Positions 40,858 through 52,106 of a DNA stretch of 64,000 bases are shown here, one piece after another (within the stretch, counting starts at the first letter, position 1; every line of letters starts with the position of its first letter). The DNA is from Nitrospirota bacterium (GTDB lineage: Bacteria; Nitrospirota; UBA9217): NCBI GenBank assembly GCA_963818475.1, contig CAWFSF010000002.1, forward strand, positions 448,001 to 512,000, written 5' to 3'. Position numbers and translations under genes: made by a program. The notes beneath the pieces were generated by a model. It saw only the letters and a program-made list of their open reading frames with translations. It was not told where the DNA came from and searched no databases.

Positions 40858-40905
40858 CTTCTCCTCCTTGCATTCGGACAACTGCGCCAAAAAGGTTGGG
40901 GATCG

Positions 40906-42465
40906 TTAATTCGCCTTCCCCTTGCTGTCCTTCTCGCCTTCCTTCTTCTCCGTCATCGCCCCCAGATAGCTCGGCAGCTCCACCCCCGCCATCCTGGCAA
41001 CGTCCTGCAGCGGCGGAATGCTGCGCACGAGGCTCGACAGGAAATTGGACGTGGACGAACTGCCGTCGCCGTGGCCGCCTGCCGAATCCCAGACCGTCAC
41101 CTTGTCGATCTTGATGTTCTTGATGGCTTCCACCTGCATGGACACGATCTGCTCGATCTTCTCGGTCATGAGCAGCGTCGCAACCGCCCGGGCGTCGCCG
41201 TTGCAGCTCTTGACCAGGTTCTGATACCCCGCGGCCTTGCTCTCCAGCACCTGCCTGATGCCCTTTGCCTCGGCCTCGTACTTGAGCAGGATGCCGTCGG
41301 CCACGCCGCGCGCCTCGCGCCGGGTCTTCTCGGCCTCTGCCTCGGCCGCGATCTCGATCATCCTCTTATCGATCTCCTGCTTCACCACTTCTTCGGCGTT
41401 CAGGCGCTCCTGTTCCGCGCGGTACTGGGCCTTCTGGATCTCCACCTCGGCCTCGCGTTTGGCCACTTCGCCCTTCTGCAGCGCCTCGGCCTGGCGCATG
41501 GCGAGCTCGGCATTGGTCGCCGCGATATCGGCCTTGGCCTTGTTCTCGCCCGTGACCGCTTCCGCTTCCTGCGCCTGCACATACACGCGGCGGTCGGCCT
41601 CGGCTTTTTTCTTTCCCTTTTCGGACAGGGCCACGTTCTCGGCGATCCGGATCTCCTTCTCCCGGTTGGCGTCGGCTTCGCCGATCGATGCCGCGGTCTC
41701 CTGCTGCTGCACGAACACGCGGCGGTCCGCATCGGCCCGCTTCTTTCCCTTTTCCGATTCGGCCGTGTTCTCGGCGACCTTGATCTCCTTGTCCCGGTTG
41801 GCCACGGCCTGGCCGATGGCGCCCATCTTGTCCTGCTCCGCCACATCGACTTTCGCGCGGTTGATGGCTTCCGAGGCCGCCTTCTTTCCGATGCTCTGGA
41901 TGTAGTCGGACTCGTCGGTGATGTCCGTGATGTTCACGTTGATGAGGTACAGGCCGATCTTGTTCAGCTCCGGCTCCACGTTCTTCCTGATGGACTCGAG
42001 GAAGCTTTCCCGGTCCTGGTTGATCTGCTCGATGGTGAGCGACGCGACGGTCAGGCGCAGCTGGCCGAAGATGATCTCCTTGGCCATGTCCTCGATGCGC
42101 TGGGGCGGAAGGTTCAGGAGCCGCTCGGCCGCGTTGTTCATGGTGTTCTTGTCAACGCTGATGCCCACGGTGAAGGTGCTCGGCACGTTGATGCGGATGT
42201 TCTGGAGCGAAAGCGCGCCCTGGAGCGGAATGCTGATGGTGATCGGCGTGAGGCTCATGTAGGCCGAGTCCTGGATCAGCGGCCAGACCAGGGCGCCGCC
42301 GCCGTGGATGCACCGGGCCGACTGCCCCTCCCCCACTTTTCCGTACACCACGAGGATCATGTCCGAGGGGCACCGCTTGTACCGCGACGCCAGGAACACG
42401 ACTGTTGAGACCACCAGAATGATCAGTGCCGCGATCGGAAGGACCCACAAACCCATGTTGAACAT
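40906..42465 (-). CDS. Flotillin (SPFH domain) protein
   Basis: N-terminal TM, GGGALVWPLIQ, GQLRLTVASLTIEQINQDRESF, AEAEAE coiled coil. Confidence 0.92.
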   Translation of the reverse strand: MFNMGLWVLPIAALIILVVSTVVFLASRYKRCPSDMILVVYGKVGEGQSARCIHGGGALVWPLIQDSAYMSLTPITISIPLQGALSLQNIRINVPSTFTVGISVDKNTMNNAAERLLNLPPQRIEDMAKEIIFGQLRLTVASLTIEQINQDRESFLESIRKNVEPELNKIGLYLINVNITDITDESDYIQSIGKKAASEAINRAKVDVAEQDKMGAIGQAVANRDKEIKVAENTAESEKGKKRADADRRVFVQQQETAASIGEADANREKEIRIAENVALSEKGKKKAEADRRVYVQAQEAEAVTGENKAKADIAATNAELAMRQAEALQKGEVAKREAEVEIQKAQYRAEQERLNAEEVVKQEIDKRMIEIAAEAEAEKTRREARGVADGILLKYEAEAKGIRQVLESKAAGYQNLVKSCNGDARAVATLLMTEKIEQIVSMQVEAIKNIKIDKVTVWDSAGGHGDGSSSTSNFLSSLVRSIPPLQDVARMAGVELPSYLGAMTEKKEGEKDSKGKAN

Positions 42466-42733
42466 ACGACCTCCTTAGATTAATCTTGTTCGAAATCGAC
42501 CAAATTTTTGTCAAAAGGCAAAACATTTTCACCGCGAAGGCGCGAAGGACGCGAGGACGTCAAAGCTACAACGATACTCTCTACAGACAGGACTCAAGGT
42601 TTCCTCGCGACCCTTTTAGACATTAAAGATTTTCTCTCGACGGCTGCGCTATTTTGGCGAGCGTCTCCGCGGACAACAAACTCTTGCGAGTACAGAGGCT
42701 TTTCTAGATCTGCGGCTAAGGACTATGTTCTGT

Positions 42734-43312
42734 TCACATCTTCTCAACAACCAGCACGCTGCCATTCACTTCCAGGACCCTGATCCGCTCGCCGGTTTTG
42801 ATCTCCGCTCCGTCCTTTGCCGTTGCCTCGAACTCGCGCGGCCTGCCTTGCAGCGAGACCTGCACCTTGCCCGCCCCTTGCGCGCGGATCGTCAGATAGA
42901 CCGTTCCCTGCTCTCCGATTGCAGCCGCATTGTCCATGGTGCCGCTGGACTGGAGCTTCTTGACGGACGAGAAGATCCTGCCGATGAGCCAGACCGTCCC
43001 CATCCCTGCAACGAGCGCGGCTGCCAGGGCCACGCCGCCGCTTGCATGGCTTTCGCGCAGCATGGCGAAACCGACCAGGCCGAACATCATGAAGAACGCG
43101 GTCAATCCCTGGAGCGTCAGCAGCTTGAAGCTGACGTCGGCATCAATATGGTCCACGTCTGCATGGCCCACCTCGAGATCTGCGTCCGCGTTAGTGTCGC
43201 CGCCCCCGAAAAGCTGGACCGCGAACCTGACGATGAACAGCCCTCCGCCGATTACCGCGCATACTATGAAAAAAAGCTCAAGACCGCTGAATTCCGTACC
43301 TGCACCACTCAT
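42734..43312 (-). CDS. NfeD-like membrane protein
   Basis: TM segments + OB fold GEQGTVYLTI..GKVQV..IKTGERIRV; upstream of flotillin. Confidence 0.88.
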   Translation of the reverse strand: MSGAGTEFSGLELFFIVCAVIGGGLFIVRFAVQLFGGGDTNADADLEVGHADVDHIDADVSFKLLTLQGLTAFFMMFGLVGFAMLRESHASGGVALAAALVAGMGTVWLIGRIFSSVKKLQSSGTMDNAAAIGEQGTVYLTIRAQGAGKVQVSLQGRPREFEATAKDGAEIKTGERIRVLEVNGSVLVVEKM

Positions 43313-43589
43313 GACGTTCGCCTCCACTGTTCTGATGCTGCGATTTGATCGGCATTGCAGATCGTATACATAAAACTATGGAAAGAGTATGTGAATAGGC
43401 ATTTGTTGTCAAGGAAATACAGGTATACCGGGGAGGGCAATTTAAGGGTAATGAAAAGTGCAGGGTACAGGGATCGGGGGGACAGGGTCTCGTGGTGCGG
43501 GTTCAAGGTCGAAGGTGCCATGCAAACAGCAACAAAAAACGCGCTGAACTTTCCAGCGCGCTCTCCGTTCATTCCTCTAAAAAAGGCTT

Positions 43590-44114
43590 CTACTCTGCCC
43601 GCTCCCAGTCGACGCGGGCCAGTTTGTTATCATGAGAAAAGTGGTATGCCACTTCGCCGTGAAAAGCCCTCTTGATGGCCTTGCCGAGCCGCTGCGCCAG
43701 CCGCTCGTTCGTGGTCGTGATGACGAGGCTGCCGCTCCCGTTCTCCTTCACCGACATCACCCGCTCCAGGGGGTTATCTCCCCGCGCCTGCTTTTCCTCG
43801 TTCTTGACGAGTCTCAGCAGTTCCTGTTTGTGCGGCAGCACATAATCACCCCGTAGCGTCACGATGCCGCCGGGTATATCGTCCTGCATCTTGTGGCATG
43901 CCGGGCAGACCAGCAACGTGATGGCAGGGTCCTGCATGAGCATGTCGTAGCGCTCGGGTTCAATGGACCATCGCTTGTTGCTGTACACGGCGTGGCACCT
44001 CTCGCAGACCGATACCTTCTTGCTGGCCCCTCTGGGAAGATAGGGGTCTGTTGTGATCGTTTTCTTTTTGTACGATGGCTTGTAGTTCTTTGCTGTGCTC
44101 GCATTCATTTTCAT
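43590..44114 (-). CDS. BCAM0308-family protein
   Basis: CERCHAVY, CPACHK, PGGIVTLRG, NPLERVM, TTTNERLAQRLG. Confidence 0.75.
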   Translation of the reverse strand: MKMNASTAKNYKPSYKKKTITTDPYLPRGASKKVSVCERCHAVYSNKRWSIEPERYDMLMQDPAITLLVCPACHKMQDDIPGGIVTLRGDYVLPHKQELLRLVKNEEKQARGDNPLERVMSVKENGSGSLVITTTNERLAQRLGKAIKRAFHGEVAYHFSHDNKLARVDWERAE

Positions 44115-44164
44115 AATTACCGCCTCCTCCTCGCGAACGCGTTACCGTTACGATCAGGATGAGC

Positions 44165-44384
44165 TCACTTCAGCTTCCGCTGGATCTCGGGAAACTCCTT
44201 CTTGAACTCAGGCATGTTCCTGGCAAGGAACAGCTCAAGCGCCTTGATCTCCGCTTTGAGGTCCTTGATCTCTTCGTCGAATTCTTTTTCGCGTTTCTTC
44301 ATGCTGTCCGCAAGGTTCGACAAGGCCTTTTCCTGGATCTTGAGCCGCTCTTCGGTGCCGATTGCAGCTCTTCCGATCGTTCAT
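44165..44384 (-). CDS. Small coiled-coil protein not in the ORF track (probable frameshift near start)
   Basis: IGTEERLKIQEKALSNLADSMKKREKEFDEEIKDLKAEIKALELFLARNMPEFKKEFPEIQRKLK*; GAGGTG RBS before ATG 44384. Confidence 0.55.
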
Positions 44385-44401
44385 GTCACACCTCGTGTGA
44401 G

Positions 44402-44713
44402 CTATTTTTGCAGCTTCATCCCGAGCTTCTGCTCAACAGACTCAAGCTTCTTCTCGATCCGCTCTTCCTTGCCCTTGCGGTCGTCGATCTTGATGCTCGT
44501 GACCGCCCGATCAGCGTCCTTCATCACCTCCTGATGGCACTCTTTGATGATGCCCATGACCTGGTCCCACTCGCCTTCGAGCACGGTTCCCATGGGGTTC
44601 GCCTTGTAGGAAATGCCGCTCTCGGCAACGATCTTCAATACCCGTGCCACCACGGGACTGACGCTCACACCTTTACCCAGGGGCACAATGCTGAATTCCA
44701 CGAGTATGCTCAT
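44402..44713 (-). CDS. MTH1187/thiamine-binding family protein
   Basis: EFSIVPLGKGVSVS, NPMGTVLEG, IKIDDR. Confidence 0.9.
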   Translation of the reverse strand: MSILVEFSIVPLGKGVSVSPVVARVLKIVAESGISYKANPMGTVLEGEWDQVMGIIKECHQEVMKDADRAVTSIKIDDRKGKEERIEKKLESVEQKLGMKLQK

Positions 44714-44902
44714 ACTTTTTTCCTCTTATCCGCAGAACGACTTACGTCGCTCCTTCCACCTCATCCTGATTCAAGTATACCGCCCTTGCCGGAGCATGTA
44801 AAGACGGTCCCGAGGCTGCTTTTCGCGCTTGTAAGCCCTTGGACCCTGTGCGATAATAAGACTGCTTTTCCCTGCTCTTCACGGATCGGCTAAACAACAA
44901 CG

Positions 44903-45676
44903 ATGGTCAGAGCTCTCATCAAAATTGCGGGGACGCTTATCCTTTTTTCCTCTACCTGTTGGCATCGCTCGCTGCGCTCGCGCTCCCGGTCTCGGGGCGC
45001 GTCAGGCGGGCATGGCTGAACAGGCTCGTGTACCTTTTTTGCCGGACTGGTGCTCCGGCTCTACGGAGTGCGCGTTACCGCAGCAGGCAGCGGGAAGCTC
45101 GCGCCGCACCGGGGACACCTGGTGGTCGCGAACCATCTCTCCTATGTTGATGTGCTCGTGATCGCGTCGCTGGCGCCTGTGGTGTTCGTCACGTCCATGG
45201 AGCTGCGGAACACTCTGCTGCTGGGCCAGCTCGCCCGGCTGAGCGGCAGCTTGTTCGTTGAGCGCCGGAAATCGTCGGGACTCAGACAGGAGATCGACGC
45301 CATCACCGGCGTGCTCATCCAGGGATTTTCCGTGGTGCTTTTTCCCGAGGGCACGACATTCAACGGCGACTGCGTCCATCCGTTCAAGCAGTCGCTCCTT
45401 GATGCAGCGATCAAGGCGAACTGCAGTATCCTGCCGGTCTGCCTTCGCTACCAGCGCGTGAACGGCAAGCCGCTTTCCGCTGCTTCGCGTGATGCGGTAT
45501 TGTATTACGGCGGCGTTTCTTTCTTTCAGCATTTCCCCCGGTTCCTTACGCTCCGCTCCGTTGAGGTGAAGATCTCGGTGCTGCACCCGATCTCTGCGGG
45601 CGCGGATGAATCGCGCAAGCAGCTTACTCTGCGCGCCCATGAGGCGATCTGCGCAGAGTATCAGGCGCTGGCGTAG
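44903..45676 (+). CDS. Lysophospholipid acyltransferase (PlsC family), 5' frameshifts
   Basis: NHLSYVD, FVER, FPEGT. Confidence 0.88.
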
Positions 45677-45796
45677 AACATCCTGCCATCGTTCTGCGCC
45701 CTCGCTCCCTCCGTCCCTTGCCAATGAACTGCTGCTCAGGTAGAATTAACTCATCAAAGCAGGCAGCCCAAGCGTATGAAGCCGGCCACTTCACTT

Positions 45797-45845
45797 CCCC
45801 CCTCACCTTTATCCTCTTTCCCGAGGGGAGAGGTAGGGTGAGGGG
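45797..45845. repeat. CCCTC..GAGGG palindromic REP-like element; related copy at 53061-53100
   Basis: ccctcacc..atcctct..ggggagagg.agggtgagggg. Confidence 0.6.
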
Positions 45846-45879
45846 TTTTCATTCGTTCCCGTCCAGATAGGAGAAAAGC

Positions 45880-46911
45880 ATGCAGCTTCATTTCACCAGA
45901 ACCAACGGCCCTGTCGATGATGCTATCGACCGGCTTATCAAGGAAGCAGGCGACGTCCAGCGCCCCGAGATCGTGCGCGAAATGGTGCTGGCGGCGCTCA
46001 AGGCGGGCCAGGAGGACGATGAACGCGCCGACCTCAAGCTCATGAACTCGACGCTCAAGGAAATGCGTTTCACGGCCAAGGTCTTCGGCCCCTACCGCGG
46101 CGTGCGCAAGGTCACGGTGTTCGGATCTGCGCGCACGAAGCCGGACACCGCGATCTATGCCATGGCGCGCGAGTTCGGCAGGAAATTGTCCGAAGCGGGG
46201 TACATGGTCATCACCGGCGGCGGCGCGGGCATCATGCAGGCGGTGAACGAGGGCGCCGGACCCGAACATTCCTTCGGCGTCAACATCAGGCTCCCCTTCG
46301 AACAAAAGGCGAACCCGGTGCTCGACGGCAACCCGCGTCTCATCACCTATAAATATTTCTTCAACCGCAAGGTGGCGTTCCTCAAGGAGGCCCATGCCGT
46401 GGCGCTCTTCCCCGGAGGGTTCGGCACGCTCGATGAGGCCATGGAAACGCTCACCCTGGTCCAGACCGGCAAGCGGGACCCCCTGCCGCTCGTTCTGGTC
46501 GATGAACCGGGCGGCAAATATTGGGACGGGCTCGTCAGATTCTTTACCGAGGAGCTCCGCTCGCATGGTTATATCGATGCTGAAGACTTTACGCTCTTCG
46601 AGCGCGCAGCATCCGCGGATGAAGCAGTCCAAAAGATCGCCCGTTTCTACCGTTGCTACCACAGCATGCGGTATGTAAACGGCCAGCTCGTGCTCCGGCT
46701 CACGTCGCCGCTCCCCCCTCAGACGGTCGCCCGTCTCTCCGAAGAATTCAGCGACATCCTTGCACCGGGGGGCGGCATGGCGATCTCGGGCCCCTTGCCT
46801 GCCGAGGCCGATGATGCCGAGCTTGCCCATCTGCCCCGTCTCGTGATTGACTTCAATCGCAGGGCTTTTGGAAGAATGCGAAACCTTATTGACCGGATCA
46901 ATGATTGCTAG
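45880..46911 (+). CDS. LOG family (TIGR00730) nucleotide phosphoribohydrolase
   Basis: VFGSAR, TGGGAGIM, FFNRKVAF, FPGGFGTLDE. Confidence 0.92.
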   Translation: MQLHFTRTNGPVDDAIDRLIKEAGDVQRPEIVREMVLAALKAGQEDDERADLKLMNSTLKEMRFTAKVFGPYRGVRKVTVFGSARTKPDTAIYAMAREFGRKLSEAGYMVITGGGAGIMQAVNEGAGPEHSFGVNIRLPFEQKANPVLDGNPRLITYKYFFNRKVAFLKEAHAVALFPGGFGTLDEAMETLTLVQTGKRDPLPLVLVDEPGGKYWDGLVRFFTEELRSHGYIDAEDFTLFERAASADEAVQKIARFYRCYHSMRYVNGQLVLRLTSPLPPQTVARLSEEFSDILAPGGGMAISGPLPAEADDAELAHLPRLVIDFNRRAFGRMRNLIDRINDC

Positions 46912-46982
46912 GTGAACATTATGCCTGTATTATTTACCACGGAGACACGGAGACACAGAGAAGGGCAAAAGGAGGGGTAACC

Positions 46983-47396
46983 ATGTATCGCTTTATACGT
47001 GTTCTTTTGATGTTCATGATCGCAGGAAGTATAGGTATTCTGTTTTGTGGGACGCCGCAGAGAGCGGGCGCTGAAACAGCCGGCAAGGAGCCCTCTGTCC
47101 AGACAAAGGAGAGCACCAAGGATACCCGGATCAAGGAGCTCAAAAAGGAGCTGGATGAACTGGACAAAAAGGCTGAAGATCTTGCCGCAAAAGCCAGCAG
47201 TGACATTGCAGAGCAGAAGAAGCAATTCAAAAAAGACCACGAGGCCGCTGTGAAAAAGCTTGATGCCCTGAAGGCCGACGCATCGCGGAAATGGGAGGAT
47301 GTGAAGCCTGAGCTGGAAGCAGCGCTCGCGAACGTGAAAAGGGCCTTCGAAAAACTGCGCTCGAAGTCAGAGGAAGAACCCAAAAGCGGCAAGTGA
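46983..47396 (+). CDS. Exported coiled-coil hypothetical protein
   Basis: Signal-like N-terminus, K/E-rich helix, GGAGG RBS. Confidence 0.7.
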   Translation: MYRFIRVLLMFMIAGSIGILFCGTPQRAGAETAGKEPSVQTKESTKDTRIKELKKELDELDKKAEDLAAKASSDIAEQKKQFKKDHEAAVKKLDALKADASRKWEDVKPELEAALANVKRAFEKLRSKSEEEPKSGK

Positions 47397-47648
47397 CGTC
47401 GCCGAAAGACTACTGCTTTGATCTTGCCGGGCGACCCTCTGAGGCCGCCCGGTAATGCCTGACTTTATCTGCGAAAATCTGCGTTCATCCGCGGCCAATG
47501 ATCGTGTTTTTGGTCATTCTTCTCCTTGCCATCGGTTAATCCTTACTGGTTTTCTCTGCCTCAAAACGCCCTTTCTGCCTAAAATCCTTGACTTTTCCGC
47601 CCTGAGTTGTTATTTTACGTGGCTACGTTGGAACGCAGCGGACCTCCT

Positions 47649-49255
47649 ATGGACTATACAGACGAAATACAGAAGCGGCGCACCTTCGCCATCATCAGCC
47701 ACCCTGACGCGGGAAAGACCACGCTGACCGAGAAGTTCCTGCTCTTCGGCGGCGCGATCCAGGTGGCGGGCGCGGTGAAGTCGAACAAGATCCGGAAGAG
47801 CACGTCCTCGGACTTCATGGACATCGAGCGCCAGCGCGGCATCTCGGTCGCCACGTCGGTCATGGGCTTCGATTACAACGGGCTCAAGATCAACCTGCTC
47901 GACACGCCGGGTCACAAGGATTTCGCCGAGGACACCTACCGCACGCTGACCGCCGTGGACAGCGTCATCCTCGTCATCGACTGCGCCAAGGGCGTGGAGG
48001 AGCAGACCCTGCGGCTCATGGAAGTCTGCCGCATGCGCAATACGCCGGTCATTGTCTTCGTGAACAAGCTCGACCGCGAAGGCAAGCACCCCTTCGAGCT
48101 CCTGGACGAACTCGAAGTGAAGCTGAACATCAAGGTCCAGCCGCTCTCCTGGCCCATCAGCATGGGCACCTCCTTCAAGGGCGTGTACAACCTCTACAAC
48201 AACAGCCTCTACCTCTTCCGTGCCGGCGGCGCAACGGTGCAGACCGACGTGCTGGAGGTCAAGGGCATTGCCGACCCGATGCTGGACCAGCAGCTCGGCG
48301 ACTATGCGGTGAAGCTCCGGGAGGACGTGGAGCTGATCGACGGCACGCACAATCCCTTTGACGTGCAGGCCTATCTGCGCGGCGAGCTCGCGCCGGTCTT
48401 CTTCGGCAGCGCCATCAACAACTTCGGCGTGAAGGAGCTCCTGGACACCTTCACCGAGATCGCGCCCACGCCCGGCAGCCGCCCCACGGACCAGCGGACC
48501 GTCAATGCCGATGAACAGGATTTCACCGGCTTCGTGTTCAAGATCCACGCGAACCTGGACCCGCGCCACCGCGACCGCATCGCCTTTATCCGCGTCTGCT
48601 CGGGCAAGTTCGAGCGGAACAAGATGTTCCTGCACGTGCGCCTGAACAAGAACATCCGCTTCACCAGCCCGGCAAGCTTCCTGGGCGCGCGGAAGAGCAT
48701 CGTGGACGAGGCCTTCCCCGGCGATGTGATCGGTCTGTACGACACGGGCAATTTCAAGATCGGCGACACGCTCACCGAAGGCGAGAAGCTCATGTTCCAG
48801 GGCATCCCGACCTTCTCCCCGGAGGTCTTCAAGGAGCTGGTGAACCGCGATCCCGGCAAGTCCAAGCAGCTCGCCAAGGGCATCGAGCAGCTCACCGACG
48901 AAGGCGTGGCCCAGCTCTTTACGCAGCACCAGGGCAACCGCAAGATCGTGGGCACCGTGGGTCAGCTGCAGTTCGACGTGCTCGCAGTACCGGCTGGAGC
49001 ATGAATACAACGCAAAATGCAGCTTCGAATCCATGGCTATCTACAAGGCATGCTGGATCACCGACAACGGACAACGCGGAGATGGAGAAGTTCTGCAGGT
49101 TCAAGTCGGACCGCATTGCCACGGACAAGGACGGCAACACGGTGTTTCTTGCTGAGTCGGAATGGGTGCTCAGGAACATGATCGAGGCTTATCCGGCCGT
49201 CAAGTTCCACTTCACGTCGGAGTTCAAGCGGGAGATGCAGGAAGTGAAGAAGTAG
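47649..49255 (+). CDS. prfC: Peptide chain release factor 3 (frameshifted near 3' end)
   Basis: [38 protein letters not shown]. Confidence 0.95.
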
Positions 49256-49267
49256 TTCACCTTATTT

Positions 49268-49756
49268 TCATTGACCGCCCCTTTCGCTGTTCTCCACCAC
49301 GACATCCTTCCTTCGAATATAGACCTTCTTATCAACAGACGCATGCAGCGCGCCGTCGGCATCAACGAGCTCAACGAGATAGGACCGCTCGACGGACGGC
49401 GAGGCTCCGGCCGCAGCCTTGATGACAGCTACCTCTTCTTCGGTCAGAATAAACTGCGCATACAACGTGCCTTTCCCCGGCCGCTTGAATCTGATCGTAG
49501 CCGCCTTGTCCCACACCACATACTCTGGTCCAAGTATCTTCATCAGCATGATCATATAGATGGGATCGACCGCAGCGTACATGCTGCCGCCGAAGATCGT
49601 GCCCACAATGTTTCTCGTCCTCCAGCTTAACGGCACCTTGATGCGCACTTCGCGCCAGTCAGACGCGATATAGGTGATGCGCGCACCCGTGCCGCGATAG
49701 GCGGGAAAGAAATTGAATCCCCAGCGCGTGAGCGTTGTTGACAGCGATTCCGGCAT
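49268..49756 (-). CDS. DUF4442/hot-dog fold protein
   Basis: NFFPAYRGTG, RNIVGTIFGGSMYAAVDP, VWDKAATIRF. Confidence 0.82.
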   Translation of the reverse strand: MPESLSTTLTRWGFNFFPAYRGTGARITYIASDWREVRIKVPLSWRTRNIVGTIFGGSMYAAVDPIYMIMLMKILGPEYVVWDKAATIRFKRPGKGTLYAQFILTEEEVAVIKAAAGASPSVERSYLVELVDADGALHASVDKKVYIRRKDVVVENSERGGQ

Positions 49757-49832
49757 GGTGTGCCCCTTCCCCTGTTGACCGACTTTACCGAACGGCGCCC
49801 GATGGAGCATCAATAAACCTGCAAACGGTAAG

Positions 49833-50017
49833 GGCAAGAATATTTCTCGCAAAGCTCGCAAAGAACGCAAAGGGAACCTTGAGTCAAAATCTTTTCCGGT
49901 TTAAAACCAAAACGCAAGCCGTGGTTTAGGATTTTCTTGGCGTCCTTTGCGGCTCGCTTAGAAGCGCCTACTTTTGGTTGCGAGAGACGCCTTTGGTTCC
50001 GGCTTATCCGGGTCAGG
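49833..50017. repeat. Second CGCAAAG inverted-repeat element
   Basis: ggcaagaatatttctcgcaaagctcgcaaagaacgcaaag ... tgcgagagacgcctttgg..tccgggtcagg. Confidence 0.75.
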
Positions 50018-50024
50018 ATAAAAG

Positions 50025-50058
50025 AAAGCCCATGGTATTTCATCGCCATGGGCTTTTC
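50025..50058. terminator. Intrinsic terminator downstream of trpB2, possibly bidirectional
   Basis: aaagcccatgg-loop-ccatgggcttt. Confidence 0.7.
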
Positions 50059-50080
50059 GTATTTGATGCGAAAACGGAGA

Positions 50081-51442
50081 TTACGCGATGACCGGAAGCT
50101 TTGCCAGCGATTTTTTGATGTCCTCTTCCGGATGCTCGTGGTCCATCAGCTTGCCTTCGCGATAGTCGGCATAGGCCTGGAGGTCCAGGTAGCCATGGCC
50201 GCTCAGGTTGAAGAGGATCGTCTTCTCCTTGCCCTCTTCCTTGGCGCGGAGCGCTTCGTCGATGGCCGCGCGGATCGCATGGGCGCTTTCGGGCGCCGGT
50301 ATGATCGCCTCGGTGTTCGCGAACTGCATGGCTGCTTCGAACACCGCGGTCTGGTGATAGGCCTGTGCTTCGATGAGCTTGTCATGGTACAGCTGCGAGA
50401 TAAGCGGCGAATCGCCGTGATAGCGCAGTCCGCCGGCGTGGATGCCGGACGGCATGAAGTCATGGCCCAGGGTATACATGGTCATCAGCGGCGTGAAGCC
50501 TGCCACATCGCCGAAGTCATACCGGAACTCGCCCTTGGTGAGCGTCGGGCAGGAGGTAGGCTCAACAGCAATGATCCGCACGTCTTTCCGGTTGCCCTTG
50601 ATCTTGTCGTGCAGGAAGGGGAAGGCGATGCCGGCGAGGTTGCTCCCGCCGCCGCAGCAGCCGATCACGATGTCCGGGTAGTCGCCGACTATCTCAAGCT
50701 GCTTCTTTGCCTCGAGCCCGATCACGGTCTGGTGCAGGCAGACATGGTTCAGGACCGATCCGAGCGCGTAGTTCGTGTCAGTGTGCGTGGCCGCATCCTC
50801 CACCGCCTCCGAGATGGCGATGCCGAGGCTGCCCGAGTTGTCCGGGTCGAGCTCGAGGATCTTCCTGCCCGAGTTCGTCGTGTTCGACGGGCTCGCATGC
50901 ACCGTGGCGCCCCAGGTCTCCATCATGATCCTGCGGTAGGGCTTCTGGCCGTAGCTCACCTTCACCATATAGACCGTGACATCGAGGCCGAAGAGCTTGC
51001 CGGCCAGCGCCATGGAGGTGCCCCACTGACCGGCGCCGGTCTCGGTCGCAATGCGCGTCATTCCCGCCTTTTTATTGTAGTATGCCTGGGGGATCGCGGT
51101 GTTCGGCTTGTGGCTGCCGGCGGGGCTTACGCCCTCATATTTGTAGTAGATCTTCGCCGGCGTGCCGAGCAGCTTCTCGAGCCGGTGAGCGCGGAACAGC
51201 GGCGCAGGCCGCCAGAGCGAATAGATGTCGAGCACCTCTTCGGGGATATCGATCCAGCGCTCCTGCGTCATTTCCTGCTCAATGAGCGCCATGGGGAAGA
51301 TGGGGGTCAGGTCGTCGGGTCCTACCGGCTGCTTCGTGGCCGGATGCAGCGGTGGCTTCGGAAGGTTCGGCATGTCCGCCATGATGTTGTACCACTTGGT
51401 CGGAATCTCTTTATCAGAAAGAACGATCTTGGTCTGTCTCAT
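50081..51442 (-). CDS. trpB2: TrpB2 (tryptophan synthase beta-like PLP enzyme)
   Basis: [37 protein letters not shown]. Confidence 0.93.
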   Translation of the reverse strand: MRQTKIVLSDKEIPTKWYNIMADMPNLPKPPLHPATKQPVGPDDLTPIFPMALIEQEMTQERWIDIPEEVLDIYSLWRPAPLFRAHRLEKLLGTPAKIYYKYEGVSPAGSHKPNTAIPQAYYNKKAGMTRIATETGAGQWGTSMALAGKLFGLDVTVYMVKVSYGQKPYRRIMMETWGATVHASPSNTTNSGRKILELDPDNSGSLGIAISEAVEDAATHTDTNYALGSVLNHVCLHQTVIGLEAKKQLEIVGDYPDIVIGCCGGGSNLAGIAFPFLHDKIKGNRKDVRIIAVEPTSCPTLTKGEFRYDFGDVAGFTPLMTMYTLGHDFMPSGIHAGGLRYHGDSPLISQLYHDKLIEAQAYHQTAVFEAAMQFANTEAIIPAPESAHAIRAAIDEALRAKEEGKEKTILFNLSGHGYLDLQAYADYREGKLMDHEHPEEDIKKSLAKLPVIA

Positions 51443-51767
51443 ACTTCCTCCTCAGGCAATATGGTCCATGATACAGATGCAACAAAGTGCGGTTATTTTA
51501 TACTATTTAGGGGGCGTTTCACAACGGTATTTTGTTTCCGTGTTTTTCTGAGTCAGAGCTAGTCCTGAACGTCCTGACACTGTCAAATCGGATAAGATCG
51601 ATAACGGCATTTTTCCTGAACATGGTTCACGCAATAAGTGAGTGCGTTGTTTACGATTATCCGACCGCTGTAATGCGTGTCCAAATGCTTTTTTCAGGTA
51701 AGATTGTTCCGCGCGCAGAGGAGAAATTACCATAGCTCCTGACAAGAGGTGGATGTTCTCAGCCGCT

Positions 51768-52043
51768 TCACGAGCCGATAGAGAACATGCTTTCCAGGTC
51801 GTGGCGGGAGTGCACCCTGAACGCCATCAGTGTTTCGGACGTAAGGATGCCCTCTACTTTCAGCATATGGTTCGTCACCACTTCCGCCATCTGCTCGCTA
51901 TCCTTCACCCGGATGATCACGGCAAGATCGTACCTTCCGGCGACCGAATATACTTCCGTGATCCCCTCCATGTCTGCAAGCGCTTCGGCAACCGTATTTA
52001 CTTTGTCACGCGCCACCGTTAACAGGACCAGAGCTGTGTTCAT
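51768..52043 (-). CDS. Stand-alone Lrp/AsnC ligand-binding domain protein
   Basis: EVYSVAGRYDL, VEGILTSET. Confidence 0.88.
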   Translation of the reverse strand: MNTALVLLTVARDKVNTVAEALADMEGITEVYSVAGRYDLAVIIRVKDSEQMAEVVTNHMLKVEGILTSETLMAFRVHSRHDLESMFSIGS

Positions 52044-52106
52044 AGAGCCTCCTCCACAAAGATTTGTTTCAGTATATCAGATTCCATCTTTCAAGGTTGC
52101 CGGTTC

